This document shows positions 26,717-41,236 of a stretch of 64,000 nt of DNA, piece by piece. This DNA is from Eledone cirrhosa (lineage: Eukaryota): NCBI GenBank assembly GCA_964016885.1, contig OZ024743.1, positions 228,780,001 through 228,844,000 of the forward strand, written 5' to 3'. Numbering within the stretch: the stretch's first letter is position 1; each line of letters opens with the position of its first letter. The position numbers and the translations under genes were made by a program. The notes under the pieces were generated by a model. It worked only from the letters and a program-made list of their open reading frames with translations. It made no database searches and had not been told where the DNA came from.

Positions 26717-28633
26717 TATATAGACTCACACATACACACATACTAGACAAAATAGAATGGGCCCAATATATTCCACTTCAGTACTTTTCTAAAAAATGAA
26801 GGTGTAACATTTTCTTATATAACCTTATTACTGATATTGAGATGTAATTTTTACAAAAACTGCACATACATACATACATACATACATATCCCTTGTCCAT
26901 ACATATACACATGCACATCAGTATACCTCCCACACACATTCACAACAATATGCCCTCCCTAAACACACATATACATCAGTATTTCCTCCCACATATGCTC
27001 ATACATACACACACAAATACACAAACAAACACACATACACACAAACAGTGTATGAGCCTATAGATAGATTTGCTATATTTAATATATATATATATTTTTT
27101 TTTGTCAGCAGAAAATATTTCCGAGGGAGGAACATACTTCCTCTTCTTTTCGGCCCTGCCCACCAATTCCATTAAATTTATTATATCAAAGAAATTATCA
27201 CCAGACTTCCTCAGCTACCATGGAATATTATTGGGGAGGGTGGAGAAATAAGTGGCACAAGGGATAGTGGGACAGGGTGTTGTGTGTAATTCTGGGGTTG
27301 AAAAATTTGATTTAAGCATCCTTCAAAGAGGATGGAGAGAGAGACAAATTAAATACATTAGGAATAATTAAAAATCTGTAACAGAAATCTGAAGAGTAAA
27401 AGAAGAAATATTGCTCTTTCTCTCTCTGCTCAATCCATTCTCACCCACCCACCCCACTCCACACACACACTCATTGGTTCTCCCTCCCTCTCTCCTTTGT
27501 CTCAATCCTCTTACTTTTTCTGCCTTTTTCTCCTCATCCCGCTCTTCATCTTTCTTTTTCTCTCCCTCACACTTCTCACTTCTCTCCCCATCTCTCCCGC
27601 CCATTTCTCAATTCTCTCTCTCTCCCTCTTGAACAGCTCCTTCTAGATTATTCCTGACAGTTCTTCAATATTCCAACACATTCAAACACAGAAGAATTAA
27701 CCAATTTATTACTTAAATAGCTTATTGAAAACCACGTATTAATATTTTTTTAATCTTTTTTTTTTCAAACTTTTTTCAGACCACATTTTTTTCTTCCTTC
27801 CCTACTTGAAGAATTTTAGAATTTCCAGCATAATAGTTTTCTGAAGACACAAAACTTATATATTTATTTGCTTATTTATTTATAAGAATGGATATCAATC
27901 AAACATGTTAGATTTAATTGAAAACAATCTGTGTAGTAAATTTGATGCTTGGTGTTGTGAGAGCATAGTTTTCTATGAAAGCAGAGATTTCTTACCACAG
28001 AAAAAAAAAGCTCTTTATACATGTTTGGTTGGAAGGTAAGTATTTATATACATACCTCTATACACATATGAATGCACTTATGTGCACACGCACACACATA
28101 TACTGTCTTTGTTGAATTATATATATATATATATATAAAGGCCATCATGGAATACGGAAGACAGGGATGATACATGTGTATAGACAGATTGATATAAATA
28201 TGATATATATATATATAAATGTTTGTGTGTGTGTATAATAGAGAACTCTTCAGTTGTGTCAAAGACATGACAACTTCTCAAGTGTTGGTAACACAATAAA
28301 ATGAACCCAGTACACTCTGTAAAGTGGTTGGTGATAGGGAGAGCATTCAGTCATAGAAAACTTGCCAAACAAAAGGTTGAAAGACTTCTTCAGTTGTGTC
28401 TAAGTTATGGCAACCTCCTTAGTGCTAGTGTCATGATAAAATTCACCTGGTGCAACCTATTGAGTACAAGAAGGTATGTAAGTGAGATATGGCCCCTCAG
28501 AAGATCTAAGAAGTCTGTAGCTCTGGTTAAGTACAAACTTTGTCAATGACAACATATCCAACTTCTGCTAGCAGACAATATGGGTGCTAAATTGTGATGA
28601 TGAATATAATGAATATTATACAGATTATATATA

Positions 28634-28664
<31 letters not shown>

Positions 28665-29427
28665 CTATAATATATATATATATATATATTTATATATTCG
28701 TCATCATAAGTTAACACCCATATTCCCTGCTAGAAAAGGTTACATACTTACATACACTCACTCTCACATACACACTCTCAAATGTTATCAATATTATAAC
28801 AGAAATCTGTTGAAGTCAATGTCTAACAATCTCAGTCATCATACTGGTTATTTCTGGCTGTGTTAATTCAGTTTATGAGATTTTAATAGCCTATTTATTG
28901 ATGCTTCTTCAAAAATGTCCATTTTATTGAACTTTTCAATTGATTGTCTACAATAAAAATACATTTTTGTCTGATTTTGCTAACTCACATAGGAATGATG
29001 TGTTAAGATCAGTTGAGCATTCCCTACAGATAACAGCTAATTCTATTGAACTAATCAATTTCTACAGCTAGCCTATGTAATTCAGAATAGGTAGATGTAC
29101 TCACTCACTCACTTTATATACTAACCATTCAATATCAGATAGCCACTCACCCTCTCTTCCTTTCAACCAATCATATACAACATATAGCTTTGCAAATTGC
29201 TAATACATAATTTTCTTCCTGAATTTATCAGGTGTATTCTTCTGCCAAACCAAATTTGGAGGAGGGTATTACTCCTTAGGAAAGAGCCACTCCCTGCAAA
29301 GTGGAATGGCTGATGGTGTGAGTATTGCTGGCTGATTTTTGTAACAAATGCTTTCACTATCTTTCACCAACAGACTCCAGTTTTGTGTGGGAGCCAACTA
29401 TGTCAAATCTCTCTCTCTCTCTCTCTC

Positions 29428-29490
<63 letters not shown>

Positions 29491-29494
<4 letters not shown>

Positions 29495-29866
29495 ACATGG
29501 CTTAGTGGTTATAGCATTGGCCTTGCAATCGAAAGGTTGTGAGTTCAATTCTCAGACCGGGTGATGTGTTGTTTCCTTGAGCAAGACACTTTATTTCCCA
29601 TTGCTCCAGTTTACTCAGTTGTAGAAATGAGATGATAGGACTGGGATCCCTATCATTCCACTGCAAAGTGGTCGTGGAGGTGCCACGGCAAAAAAGCACC
29701 CAGCCCACACTGTAAAGTGGACGTGTAGGCGCCACGGAAAAAAAGCACCCAGCACTCACTCTAAATGAGGTTGGTGTTAGGAAGGGCATCCAGCTGTAGA
29801 AATCAAGCCAGAATCAGTTCCCATCCCACCCTTGCAAGCAGGGAAAAGCGGACGTAAAATGATATG
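29491..29866 (+). mobile_element. tRNA-derived CORE-SINE with RTE-derived 3' tail
   Basis: A box TGGCTTAGTGG, B box GAGTTCAATTC, CORE-like CCTTGAGCAAGACACTTTATTTCCCATTGCTCCAGTTTACTCAGTTGTAGAAATGAG (cf. MIR core), then sequence nearly identical to the LINE A 3' UTR (25497-25655). Confidence 0.9.
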
Positions 29867-30861
29867 ATAGATATATATATATATATATATGTGTACACAC
29901 TAACAGATATTCATATATTCTGTTCATATTTGTAAGAAAGAGTGTATTCATTGAAAATGGAGCTTTCATTCAAAGTAAATTATATAAGTTAGTCCTGTTG
30001 TATGAAAACCACATGACTAACATAACCATATATGAAACCATATATTCAGTGTTGAGTATCGTGTATAGTCATTTAACTTTATCTAATAAATCTAATTTTA
30101 TTACACTCTAAGGATTTAGCTATTTTCCCAACCTCTTTTAAAATGCACAAATCCCATTTTTACACCAACATAATTTAAATAAATGTTTCTTTCTCTCTTC
30201 CATACTACTTTTTGTCAATTTGAAACCACTACAAATATATGATGATATTAGTGATAAAAAAAATGTAGTGATTAAACAAAATAACAAAATATATATTTTT
30301 GAATTTACCAAATTTTTGATAGCCATCATTTAAAATCCTCTGTAATTTAAGATCCATATGGTTGTTGCCCTTAAGAGCCTTAACTGATTTTCTGTATAAT
30401 GAAGCAAAGACTTTAATCCAATCCTTAGGGATTTATTCCTGCAACAATTTACTAGGTTCCCTATATCAGCTTTACTTGAATTGTAAATTCATTTTCCTGA
30501 TTTTTTACAAGTGTTATATATTTGAACCTTGGCTATTGTGTAGTGATTTGTAAAATTAGGTTGAGAGAGAGACTGTGTTTGTGTGTGTGTGCGTGTAGCA
30601 TGTATGCAAAATTAGTGGAGATGAGTAAGACATATGTAAAAATTTAAATAAGCATAAAATATTTCGAAGTTTGGGTATTTATTATGTTGATGTCATCCTA
30701 TTTCTATAGTCCATTTGTTTTTTTAAATTGAAAATTGAAAATGAAGTATAGTAATGAAATATAAAAAGTAGTTGCACACTTCTGTAGGAGAAGTGTTAGG
30801 GAAAATGCTGCTATAATGAAATATCAGTTCATGTAAATTCAACAGTGTTTGGTGTTAGCCT

Positions 30862-31097
30862 CAGGGCCATCTTAATGCATGGGTATGCTGGCCAATTGCC
30901 CAGTGACCCCATGAGCATACATTGGTTATATTTATATTCTATTTGCCAAAACACTAATTTTGTTGGAAATATCAATAAATATGTTTAATTCTCTAGATCA
31001 TTAACATTTTTACTCCTCAGTAGGGTTGTGTAGGTAGGGGACTCTGTACACTGATTGGTCAGATGTGGGGAGATATAATATTGTTAAGATGTCTCTG
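30862..31097. mobile_element. hAT-type MITE
   Basis: TIRs CAGGGCCATCTTAA / TTAAGATGTCTCTG with an 8-bp degenerate TSD GTTAGCCT / GCTGGCCT. Confidence 0.7.
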
Positions 31098-33189
31098 GCT
31101 GGCCTTATATTGACATCAACAACAAGTTTTAGTTTTTTTTTTAGTTTTCAACTTGCAATAACCACGCCTTGGATAACCCTCATTGGCTATGGTACTGCCT
31201 GTCCCAGTTATCTGATCAATAGAGCAGACTGAAATTAACATAAAAGTAGCTGAGGATTCCACAGACACATGTAATCTTAATGTAATTCTCAGGGAGATTC
31301 AGTGTGATACTTTATGTGACAGAGAGGCCTTTTAAATTATAGGTACAAACTCATATTATTCCCACCCAAGTGGAGAGAAGTGGTGTGGAGCAACATGAAA
31401 TAAAATGTCTTGCTCAAAAACACAATACTTTGCCCTATCCTGGAATGGAAATTCATGATTTTACCATCATGAGCCAAGCACACTAACAACTAAGCCACAT
31501 ACCTTCATATAGTTTAATAAAGAAACTAAAAAACAGCAAAACTAAGAAATAAAACCATTAAATTAGGGGACAAATAAAAGAAAATGAAATTACAACTATT
31601 GCCTGATTTTGAACACATCCCATATTATACTGAAGCAAAGCATACTGTTTATCTATCAGTCCACACATAGAGATATATATTGATTACCTAGATAGAGCTG
31701 AATCTATTTAGAGATATAAATTAGATTAGATGGGATGTCCATGCATGCTTAAAAGGTGATAAATTCCCTAGTGCTGGTGGCATGATATAATACACCTACT
31801 ACACTCTGTAATTTTGTAAGTCTGAGGAAGAGCATCCAGACATAGAAACCATGGTAAACAGATAGTTATGCTAAAGACATGATAACCTCCCTAGTGTGGG
31901 TGCCATGATAAAATATACCTAGTACATATTGTAAAGGACATCAGCTGTAGATACGATTATAAAATTGGAATATATGTAGGCAAGACATGCCCCATTCCCC
32001 AGCCTATCTAGGATGATAGTAACTTTGATCTTAGGCTTACTTAGTCCATGATGACCTGTCCAACCCATGCTGGCATGGAAAAATGGATGCACAATGACAA
32101 TGATGATTGTGATGATGATGATGATGATGATGGAGAATATAAAATAATAATTTGCCAAATTTAGTTGGAAAACATCCCTTAAAAACCAAAACTTCAGTCA
32201 ATTTCTAAATGTTCAATAAATAAACAGGGGAAAATCTTAGACAACAACAAAAGATAATTCTCCAATGTCACTAACTGGGAGAAGAATACATAATTCTGTG
32301 CATATAAGAAGGAAAGTGTTTTTATCTCTTGTTCCTTATTATTTTATTTACTTCATTTTACTTTTCTTTTTTATTTTCATTTTTAGCTTTTTTTATTTTT
32401 ATCTTGAAGACAATTATTTCATTGTATGATCAGAGAGCAGCTTCAATAGCTTACTGATAAACAAGGGACCAATAGATAGGCTGTTTTGGCAGACACTTTC
32501 TGCTTGATTGATCAACTCAACTGACATCCCTTTCCTAATGGTTTTTTTTTCAGCCTTGCAATAATGGTTCTCTCTCTCTAACAAAAGCAATGCTCTTGTC
32601 AGATATTTGAGCCAGAAAATGTCTCTGATTAAGTGGACACATTTCAATATGACACTAAATATGAGCACCAACCAATTGGTAACAGTATTAATGAGAAAAA
32701 AATGGAAATGTGGTTACGGAAAATACAAAAAAAGTTAAAAATATAAATGTATGTCCAGATTATTAAATTCACAAACAATGACAGATCTGTCAACTAGGTT
32801 GAGTGGACTGAAGTAACTACATCCTTCGCTGTTGTTTTGCCATTATTTGCAATGTCTATCTATGCTGTGTTATTTCCATTTTCTATATCCACACTATCAT
32901 CACCCAATAAGTTCATGCTAATTCTACTGGATATTAATACAAAGCAAACTGACTGTGTTACCCATCCAGCAAAAAAAAAAAGAAAATGTAGTTCTTTGGA
33001 GACAAAACCTGTACTTATTTCAGGTTAAGCATTAATAAGCAAAAATGAGAATAGCAATATATCCAGTGAAGTAATTAAATGTCAGTACCTTGTTTATGTA
33101 CAGTGTAATACTGAGTATTACTAAGCAACATTGTTCAATGTTACAATATGACATTGGAGCAAACCATAATCATAGAAAAAAACCATGGT

Positions 33190-33900
33190 TATTAGAGTGG
33201 GATGAATAGGTCTATCTCAGAGAAAAGTAGCAAACAAGTCTCACTTTAACAAATGCACAATGAACAGGTCTATCATAAAGAAAATTAGAATGAACAGTTC
33301 TCATAGAATAAAGTAGAGCATAGAATTAAGTAGATGGAGCAGACATTATACACAAAATTAGAATGAACAAGTCTGTCATAGAATAAAGTAGAGTGAACAG
33401 GTCTCTTATAGAATAATAGAATAAAACAGAGTGAACAGGTCTCCCATAGAATAAAGAAGAGTGAACAGGTCTCCCATAGAATAAATAAGAGTGAACAGGT
33501 CTCCCATAGAATAAAGAAGAGTGAACAGGTCTCCCATAGAATAAATAAGAGTGAACAGGTCTCCCATAGAATAAAGAAGAGTGAACAGGTCTTCCATATA
33601 ATAAAGTAGAGAGAACTGGTCTCCCATAGAATAAAGAAGAGTGAACAGGTCTTCCATAGAATAAAGTGGTGAGAACAGGTCTCCCATAGAATAAAGTGGA
33701 GAGAACATGTCTCTTACAGAATAAAGTAGAGTGAACAGGTCTATCATAGAATAAAGTCGAATGAACAGGTTTTTTATAGAATAAAGTGGAGAGGAAAAAG
33801 TCTCCCACAGAACAAATTACAATGAATAGGTCTCCCATAGAATAAAATAAGTGAACTGTTGTCTCACAGAATATAGAAAGAAAACAGTTCTCTCATTGAA
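33190..33900. repeat. 30-bp minisatellite (GTGAACAGGTCTCCCATAGAATAAAGAAGA)
   Basis: About 15 well-conserved units at 33372-33850 with degenerate units on both flanks; no unique spacers. Confidence 0.95.
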
Positions 33901-34044
33901 TTTTTAAAAAATGCATGAACACACTAGAGCAAAGTGAGGAGATTTGCCATAAATTATAGTGGAAAGGATTCCTTTGGACAAAGGTAAAGAGAACAGCTCT
34001 GTGGTAGAATAACGTAGAGTAGAAAGAGTTTCTTTGTAGATGAA

Positions 34045-34867
34045 ATGCTCCGATGGAAGTTTAACATTAGTGTGCATGATCGACATAGCATAAGCAAACT
34101 GAGGGAAAAACTTAGCATAAGAGGAATTGGATGTGATGTGCAAGAGAGAAAACTGCATTGGTATGGACATGTGATGCACGTGGATGATAGCAGCTGCATA
34201 AAGAAATGCAGAGAAACCCTAGTGGCTGGGACCCATGGAAGAGGCAAACCTAGGAAGACATGGGATGAGGTTGTAAAACTCGACCTAAAAAAAACTAAAT
34301 GAGTAAAAAATGAGTAAAGACCACAAGGTCTGGTGCTCTGCAGCATACAATGCGACCTGGCTTACCCCCATCCCCCCATTAGCACTCCTCAACAGTTATC
34401 CTCAACATCCCTTCTTCAACCCCACAGCGTGTACACCTCAATTCCTAGCAGCTTCCCCCCCCCTCCTGTGAAGCAGTTGGTGATAGAAGGGCATTCAGCC
34501 GTGGAGGGCTAAACAAACAAAGAGTTAGGAGTACCCTTCAGTTGTGTCAATGACATGACACCCATACTAATGTTGAGGATCTACACGATAAATGCACCCA
34601 GTACACGCTGTAAAGTGGATGATGATAAGAAGGGCATCAACTAGTAGAAACCTTGTCAAACAAAAGGATTGGGAGGACCCTCAGTTGTGTCAAAGACATG
34701 ACAACCTCTCCTGTGCACTCGGTGGAGCGTCGACTATACATAATGTGAGACACATATCCTTAGCCTGCCAGGGAGATCAGTGACTCCACTTCAGTAATGG
34801 CTTGGTACACACATTTCAACCCTTGCTAGCAAGAAACGTGGATGTTAAAACAACGATGATGATGATG
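34045..34867 (+). mobile_element. Older RTE 3' fragment (subfamily C) with (GAT)n tail
   Basis: MLRW...LREKLSIRGI...ERKLHWYGHVM...GRGKPRKTWDEVVK; 3' end TGCTAGC..GTGGATGTTAAAACAAC(GAT)n. Confidence 0.85.
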
Positions 34868-36681
34868 AAAGTGAACATATCTCAGAAAAAACTGAAATGA
34901 ACAGGTCAAAGAAATATGAGCGTGTATCTCGTAAAATGTTCACTCTAATTTTTCATACTGAGCAGAATGTTTGATACTTTGAGCATAAATATTTGAAATT
35001 CAAAGCAACATTTTGATGGGCACTGCACCACCACCATGACTGTATGTTTGCACACCCACACAGTTTAAGAGGAACATTGATCTCATAGATGTATGTAGGA
35101 TAAATATCTCCTTATATTAAATGGTAGTGAAAGTGTTTCGCACAAAACATATTTCATATATCCATCTATTCCCAGTTAGAATAACATATACACTTGGTGG
35201 GTGAAGCATTAGGTCAAAACATAGATGACACAGAGACAAGTGTCTTGATATACCTAGTTACCTGAAACAGCACACAGAATAGAAAAATTGTGTGCTTTAT
35301 TGATCAATAATAACAATCATAAGTGCAGCATATAGAAAATGGGTTATTTGTGTGAATCATCATTCAACTGTTGGTAGGCTGTGAAGGTATACTAGAGAAA
35401 GATCTAAGTGAATCAATAAAAAAAATTCTTTTTTTTTTGCTTACTTAGGTAGGAATGTTGACGATTGCAATTCGTTAGCTCTTTTTCATAGCTGCTGAGA
35501 ATGTGAGCTTTGATTTCACAAACCAAATATCAGTGTAGGAGAAAAAAGAAATTATAGGGACAGTTCTAGAATAAGCCAGACAATGGTTATACCAAATTGA
35601 CTCATAAACTATAAACAAGTTTGGTAAACTAAATTATTCAGAAGCACTGCTTATCATCTATTTCTCTTGGTTATTTCTACATTTCATTTTTTCTTTTCTT
35701 TTTGAAATCACTAACAGAATTTTTTTATGAAATTTTCGATCAATTAATCACCTGAGATGAAAATTTGTATTGAAAGTTGAGCAAAGAAATTTACTAAGAT
35801 AAGAAATTACAATAATCAATGCAATATAAAATTGCTGAAATCATAGAATAACCAAAAAGGAAAGAAAAAAAGGAGAAAATCCAGCATTTTAGAATACCTA
35901 AATCAAGAAGAAAACTTTTTTATTTCCAATCATTAAATATGGCTATTAAATTTGTCTAATAGATTAGTATGTATGTCAGTATGAACTGATCAATACAAGA
36001 ACAGACTTCATATTAGACACAAGGGTAGGCAGAGAATGTTTAAATCTTAGTCAGTCACTCCTATTTCAATTTTAAACATCTAACCCATTGTTTGCCAAAT
36101 TTTCCCCTCCAAGGGACATATCTAATGTAAATCAATTTTACTATTTCCTATTATAATTATTTCCACTTTCTTGGACTTGGGTGGTGCAAAACAGTTAACA
36201 TTTTGTTCACCTGAAAATGAGTACCAACTGCAGCTGGGGGTTGAATATGTGTCTTTAGAATTCTCAGTCATTTCCATATTAATTTCAAGAGCAGACTATT
36301 CCATTGATCTCCTCCTAACTGACGGAGGTCCAATAACAACCATAGCTATTTTGGTAACTTAAGCAAATTTAGTAGTTAAATTCATATAAAATACCTGGAG
36401 TGAATACTAGCAAATTTTTAACACAATTTAAACCAAGCAACTAGATTTATAGATTCACAAAGAACTAATAGAATTTAGTCTTTAATTTAAGATGATTCCA
36501 CACCATGAGGTCTGTAAGTGGTTTTGAAACATAAAAATATAAATTTAGAAAATAAACAACGGCTTATAAGTGACCAAAATATTTCTTTTTTTTTTTATAG
36601 GGAGGTGAGTTAAAATCTTTGTGAAAGTTTTCATATTTATTCATATATTTTGAAAAAAGAGATGAAACAATTTTTTCTTTT

Positions 36682-36765
36682 TATATATATATATACATAC
36701 ATACATACATACATACATACATACATACATACATACATAAATACATACATACATATACATACATA

Positions 36766-36863
<98 letters not shown>

Positions 36864-37008
36864 AATAGATACATACATATATATATATATACATAGATTA
36901 ATTCATATATATATATATACATAGATTAATTCATATATATAAATACATATATATACATATATATATATATATACATACATACATATATATATATACATAC
37001 ATACATAC

Positions 37009-37039
<31 letters not shown>

Positions 37040-37136
37040 CATATACATACATACATACATATATATAGTTATACATATATACATACATATATATATACAT
37101 ACATACATATATACATATATATATATACATACATAC

Positions 37137-37167
<31 letters not shown>

Positions 37168-37363
37168 CACATACATACATATATACATATATATATATAC
37201 ATACATATATATATATACACATATATATATATACATACATATATATATATACACATATATATATACATATATATATACACATACATACATATATACATAT
37301 ATATATATACATACATATATATATATACATATATATATACACATATATATATACATATATACA

Positions 37364-37443
<80 letters not shown>

Positions 37444-37503
37444 CATACATACATATATATATACATACATACATATATATATATATACATATATATATAT
37501 ACA
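36682..37503. repeat. Expanded TA/TACA microsatellite array
   Basis: Directly visible. Confidence 0.95.
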
Positions 37504-37505
37504 TA

Positions 37506-38091
37506 TAAATGAATTGAGAGAGAGACTGAGCATAAGAGGAATCAAATGCTGTGTGCAGGAGAGGCGGTTGTGCTGGTATGGACATATGATGCGTATGAAG
37601 GATGACAGCTGCATAAAAAGGTGCAGAGCACTAGAAGCTGATGGAAACCGCGGAGTGGGGAGACCCAAGATGACCTGGGATGAGGTGATAAAAGCCAACC
37701 TTACCCAATTACACCTCTCAAAGACAATGACACACGACCATGACTTCTGGCGTCACGCAGTAATACAGAGTACCCGACCTCCCATGGGTACAAGCTGAAG
37801 CATATAGACAATATGCCCCCACTGCAAGGTGGTCGTGGAGGGGCCATGGCAAAAAAGCACCCAGCCCACACTGTAAAGTGGACGTGTAGGCGCCACAAAA
37901 AAGCACCCAGCACTCACTGTAAATGAGGTTGGTGTTAAGAAGGGCACATAGCTGTAGAAATCAAGCCAAATCAGTTCCTGTATGAGCAAGGCATGGTCAG
38001 CCGACCAGACACTGCCCACAATAGGACAACCCGTCTAACCCATGCTAGCGTGGAAGAACGGACGTAAAACGGTGATGATGATGATGATGAT
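37506..38091 (+). mobile_element. RTE subfamily A, short 3' copy
   Basis: Nearly identical to 25182-25773; (GAT)n tail; TA arrays on both sides. Confidence 0.95.
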
Positions 38092-38101
38092 ACATACATA
38101 C

Positions 38102-38143
<42 letters not shown>

Positions 38144-38263
38144 ATACATACATACATATATATATACATATATATACGTATACATACATATATATATGCA
38201 TATATATACATATACATACATACATATATATATATACATATATATATACATACATACATATAT

Positions 38264-38590
38264 ATCATCATCATCATCACTTTATGTCCGCTTTTCCCTG
38301 CTTGCAAGGATGGTACGAGAACTGATTCTGGCTTGATTTCTACAGCTGGATGCCCTTCCTAACACCAACCTCATTTACAGCGAGTGCTGGGTGTTTTTTT
38401 GCCGTGACACCTGCACGACCACTTTGCAGTGCAATGATATGGACCCCAGTCCCTATCATCTCATTTCTACAGCTGAGTAAACTGGAGCAATGTGAAATAA
38501 AGGAAACAACACATCACCCGGTCTGAGAATTGAACTCACAAACTTTCGATTGCAAGGCCAATGCTCTAACCACTAAGCCATGTGCCTCCA
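38264..38590 (-). mobile_element. tRNA/CORE-SINE with RTE tail
   Basis: Reverse complement matches 29491-29866 with small deletions; (GAT)n tail. Confidence 0.9.
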
Positions 38591-38597
38591 TAAAATT

Positions 38598-38696
38598 AAA
38601 CGCTTACGGCACCTAGGGTTCTCCAGCGGTCACCCATCTAAGTGCTTAACTTTGGTGATCGGACGAGAACCGGTGTGTTTAGCGTGATATGGCCAT
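38598..38696 (-). pseudogene. 5S rRNA-derived sequence (internally deleted) abutting the SINE 5' end
   Basis: Reverse complement GGCCATATCACGCTAAACACACCGGTTCTCGTCCGATCACCAAAGTTAAGCA/CTTAGATGGGTGACCGCTGGAGAACCCTAGGTGCCGTAAGC matches animal 5S rRNA, lacking about 19 nt between box A and box C. Confidence 0.85.
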
Positions 38697-38866
38697 ATAT
38701 ATATACATATATATATATACATACATATATATATATCTACATACACATATATATATATACATATATATATATACATACATATATATATATATATACATAC
38801 ATATATATATACATACATATATATATATATACATATATATATATACACATATATATATATACATAC

Positions 38867-38899
<33 letters not shown>

Positions 38900-38940
38900 C
38901 ATACATATATATATATATACATACATATATATATACATAC

Positions 38941-38971
<31 letters not shown>

Positions 38972-38992
38972 CATACATATATATATACATAC

Positions 38993-39029
<37 letters not shown>

Positions 39030-39192
39030 CATATATATATACATATATATATATACATACATATATATATACATATATATATACATATATATATATACAT
39101 ACATATATATATATATATGTATATATATATACATATATATATATACATACATATATATATATACATACATATATACATACATATATATATAC

Positions 39193-39243
<51 letters not shown>

Positions 39244-39302
39244 CATATATATATACATATATACATACATATATATATATATATACATATATATATACAT
39301 AC

Positions 39303-39334
<32 letters not shown>

Positions 39335-39361
39335 GCATATATATATACATACACATATATC

Positions 39362-39698
39362 AACATTTCATTTTACGTCCACTTTTTCCCTGCTTGCAAG
39401 GGTGGGACAGGAACTGATTCTGGCTTGATTTCTACAGCTGGATGCCCTTCCTAACACCAACCTCATTTACAGTGAGTGCTGGGTGCTTTTTTTTTGCCGT
39501 GGCACCTCCACGACCACTTTGCAGTGGAATGATATTGACCCCAGTCCCTATCATCTCATTTCTACAGCTGAGTAAACTGGAGCAATGTGAAATAAAGTGT
39601 CTTGCTCAAGGAAACGACACATCACCCTGTCTGAGAATTGAACTCGCAACCTTTCGATTGCAAGGCCAATGCTCTAACCACTAAGCCATGTGCCGCCA
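39362..39698 (-). mobile_element. tRNA/CORE-SINE with RTE tail
   Basis: Reverse complement GGCGGCACATGGCTTAGTGGTTAGAGC...GAGTTCAATTC...CORE...RTE tail; flanked by TA arrays. Confidence 0.9.
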
Positions 39699-39727
39699 TA
39701 TATATATATAAATATATATATACATAC

Positions 39728-39810
<83 letters not shown>

Positions 39811-39893
39811 CATATATATATATACATACATATATATATATACATATATATATATACATACATATATATATATACATATATATATATACATAC

Positions 39894-39928
<35 letters not shown>

Positions 39929-40234
39929 CATACATATATATATATACACATATATATATACATATATATATACATACATATATATATATACATATATATA
40001 TATACATATATATACATATACATATATATACATATATATACATACATATATATATACATATATATAAATACATATATATATATATATACATATATATACA
40101 TATACATATATATATACATATATATACATATACATACATATATATATACATACATATATATATACATACATATATATATATATATATATACATATATATA
40201 TACATATATATATACATATACATATATATATACA

Positions 40235-40272
<38 letters not shown>

Positions 40273-40292
40273 CATATTTATATATACATATT

Positions 40293-40325
<33 letters not shown>

Positions 40326-40330
40326 ATACA

Positions 40331-40368
<38 letters not shown>

Positions 40369-40622
40369 CATATTTATATATACATATTTATATATATATA
40401 TATATATACATATATATATACATATATATATATATACATACATATATATATATACATATATATATATATACATACATATATATATATACATATATATATA
40501 TACATATATATATACATATATATATACATATATATACATATATATATATACATACATATATATATACATACATACATACATATATATACATACATATATA
40601 CATATATACATACATATATATA

Positions 40623-40654
<32 letters not shown>

Positions 40655-40966
40655 CATACATATATATACATACATATATACATATATACATACATATATA
40701 TATATATATATACATATATACATATATATATACATATATATATTTATACATATATATATTTATATATACATATATATTTATATATACATATATATATATA
40801 TACATATATATACATATATATATTTATACATATATATATATTTATATATACATATATATTTATATATACATATATACATATATATATGTATATATATACA
40901 AATATATATACATATATATATATATATGTATATACATACAAATATATATACATATATGTATATACA

Positions 40967-41002
<36 letters not shown>

Positions 41003-41099
41003 CATTATATATATACAAATATATATACATATATATACATATATATATATATACATACAAATATATATACATATATATACATATATGTATATACATATA

Positions 41100-41131
<32 letters not shown>

Positions 41132-41140
41132 CATTATATA

Positions 41141-41175
<35 letters not shown>

Positions 41176-41177
41176 CA

Positions 41178-41233
<56 letters not shown>

Positions 41234-41236
41234 CAT
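39699..41236. repeat. ~1.5-kb TA/TACA array with higher-order internal duplications
   Basis: Directly visible; blocks containing the TATTTATATATACATATTTA variant recur at about 40275 and 40370. Confidence 0.95.

Noticed and set aside
29491-29560. tRNA gene
   Set aside because: A and B boxes are present but there is no acceptor stem, and the sequence continues into the CORE domain; it is a SINE head.
33326-33838. Repetitive ORF (RPVHSSLFYG)n or CRISPR-like array
   Set aside because: Head-to-tail 30-bp units with no unique spacers and no cas genes, in a eukaryotic context; the ORF follows from the unit length.
38598-38696. Functional 5S rRNA gene
   Set aside because: 5' nucleotides are missing, there is an internal deletion in the control region, and it is not in a tandem 5S array.
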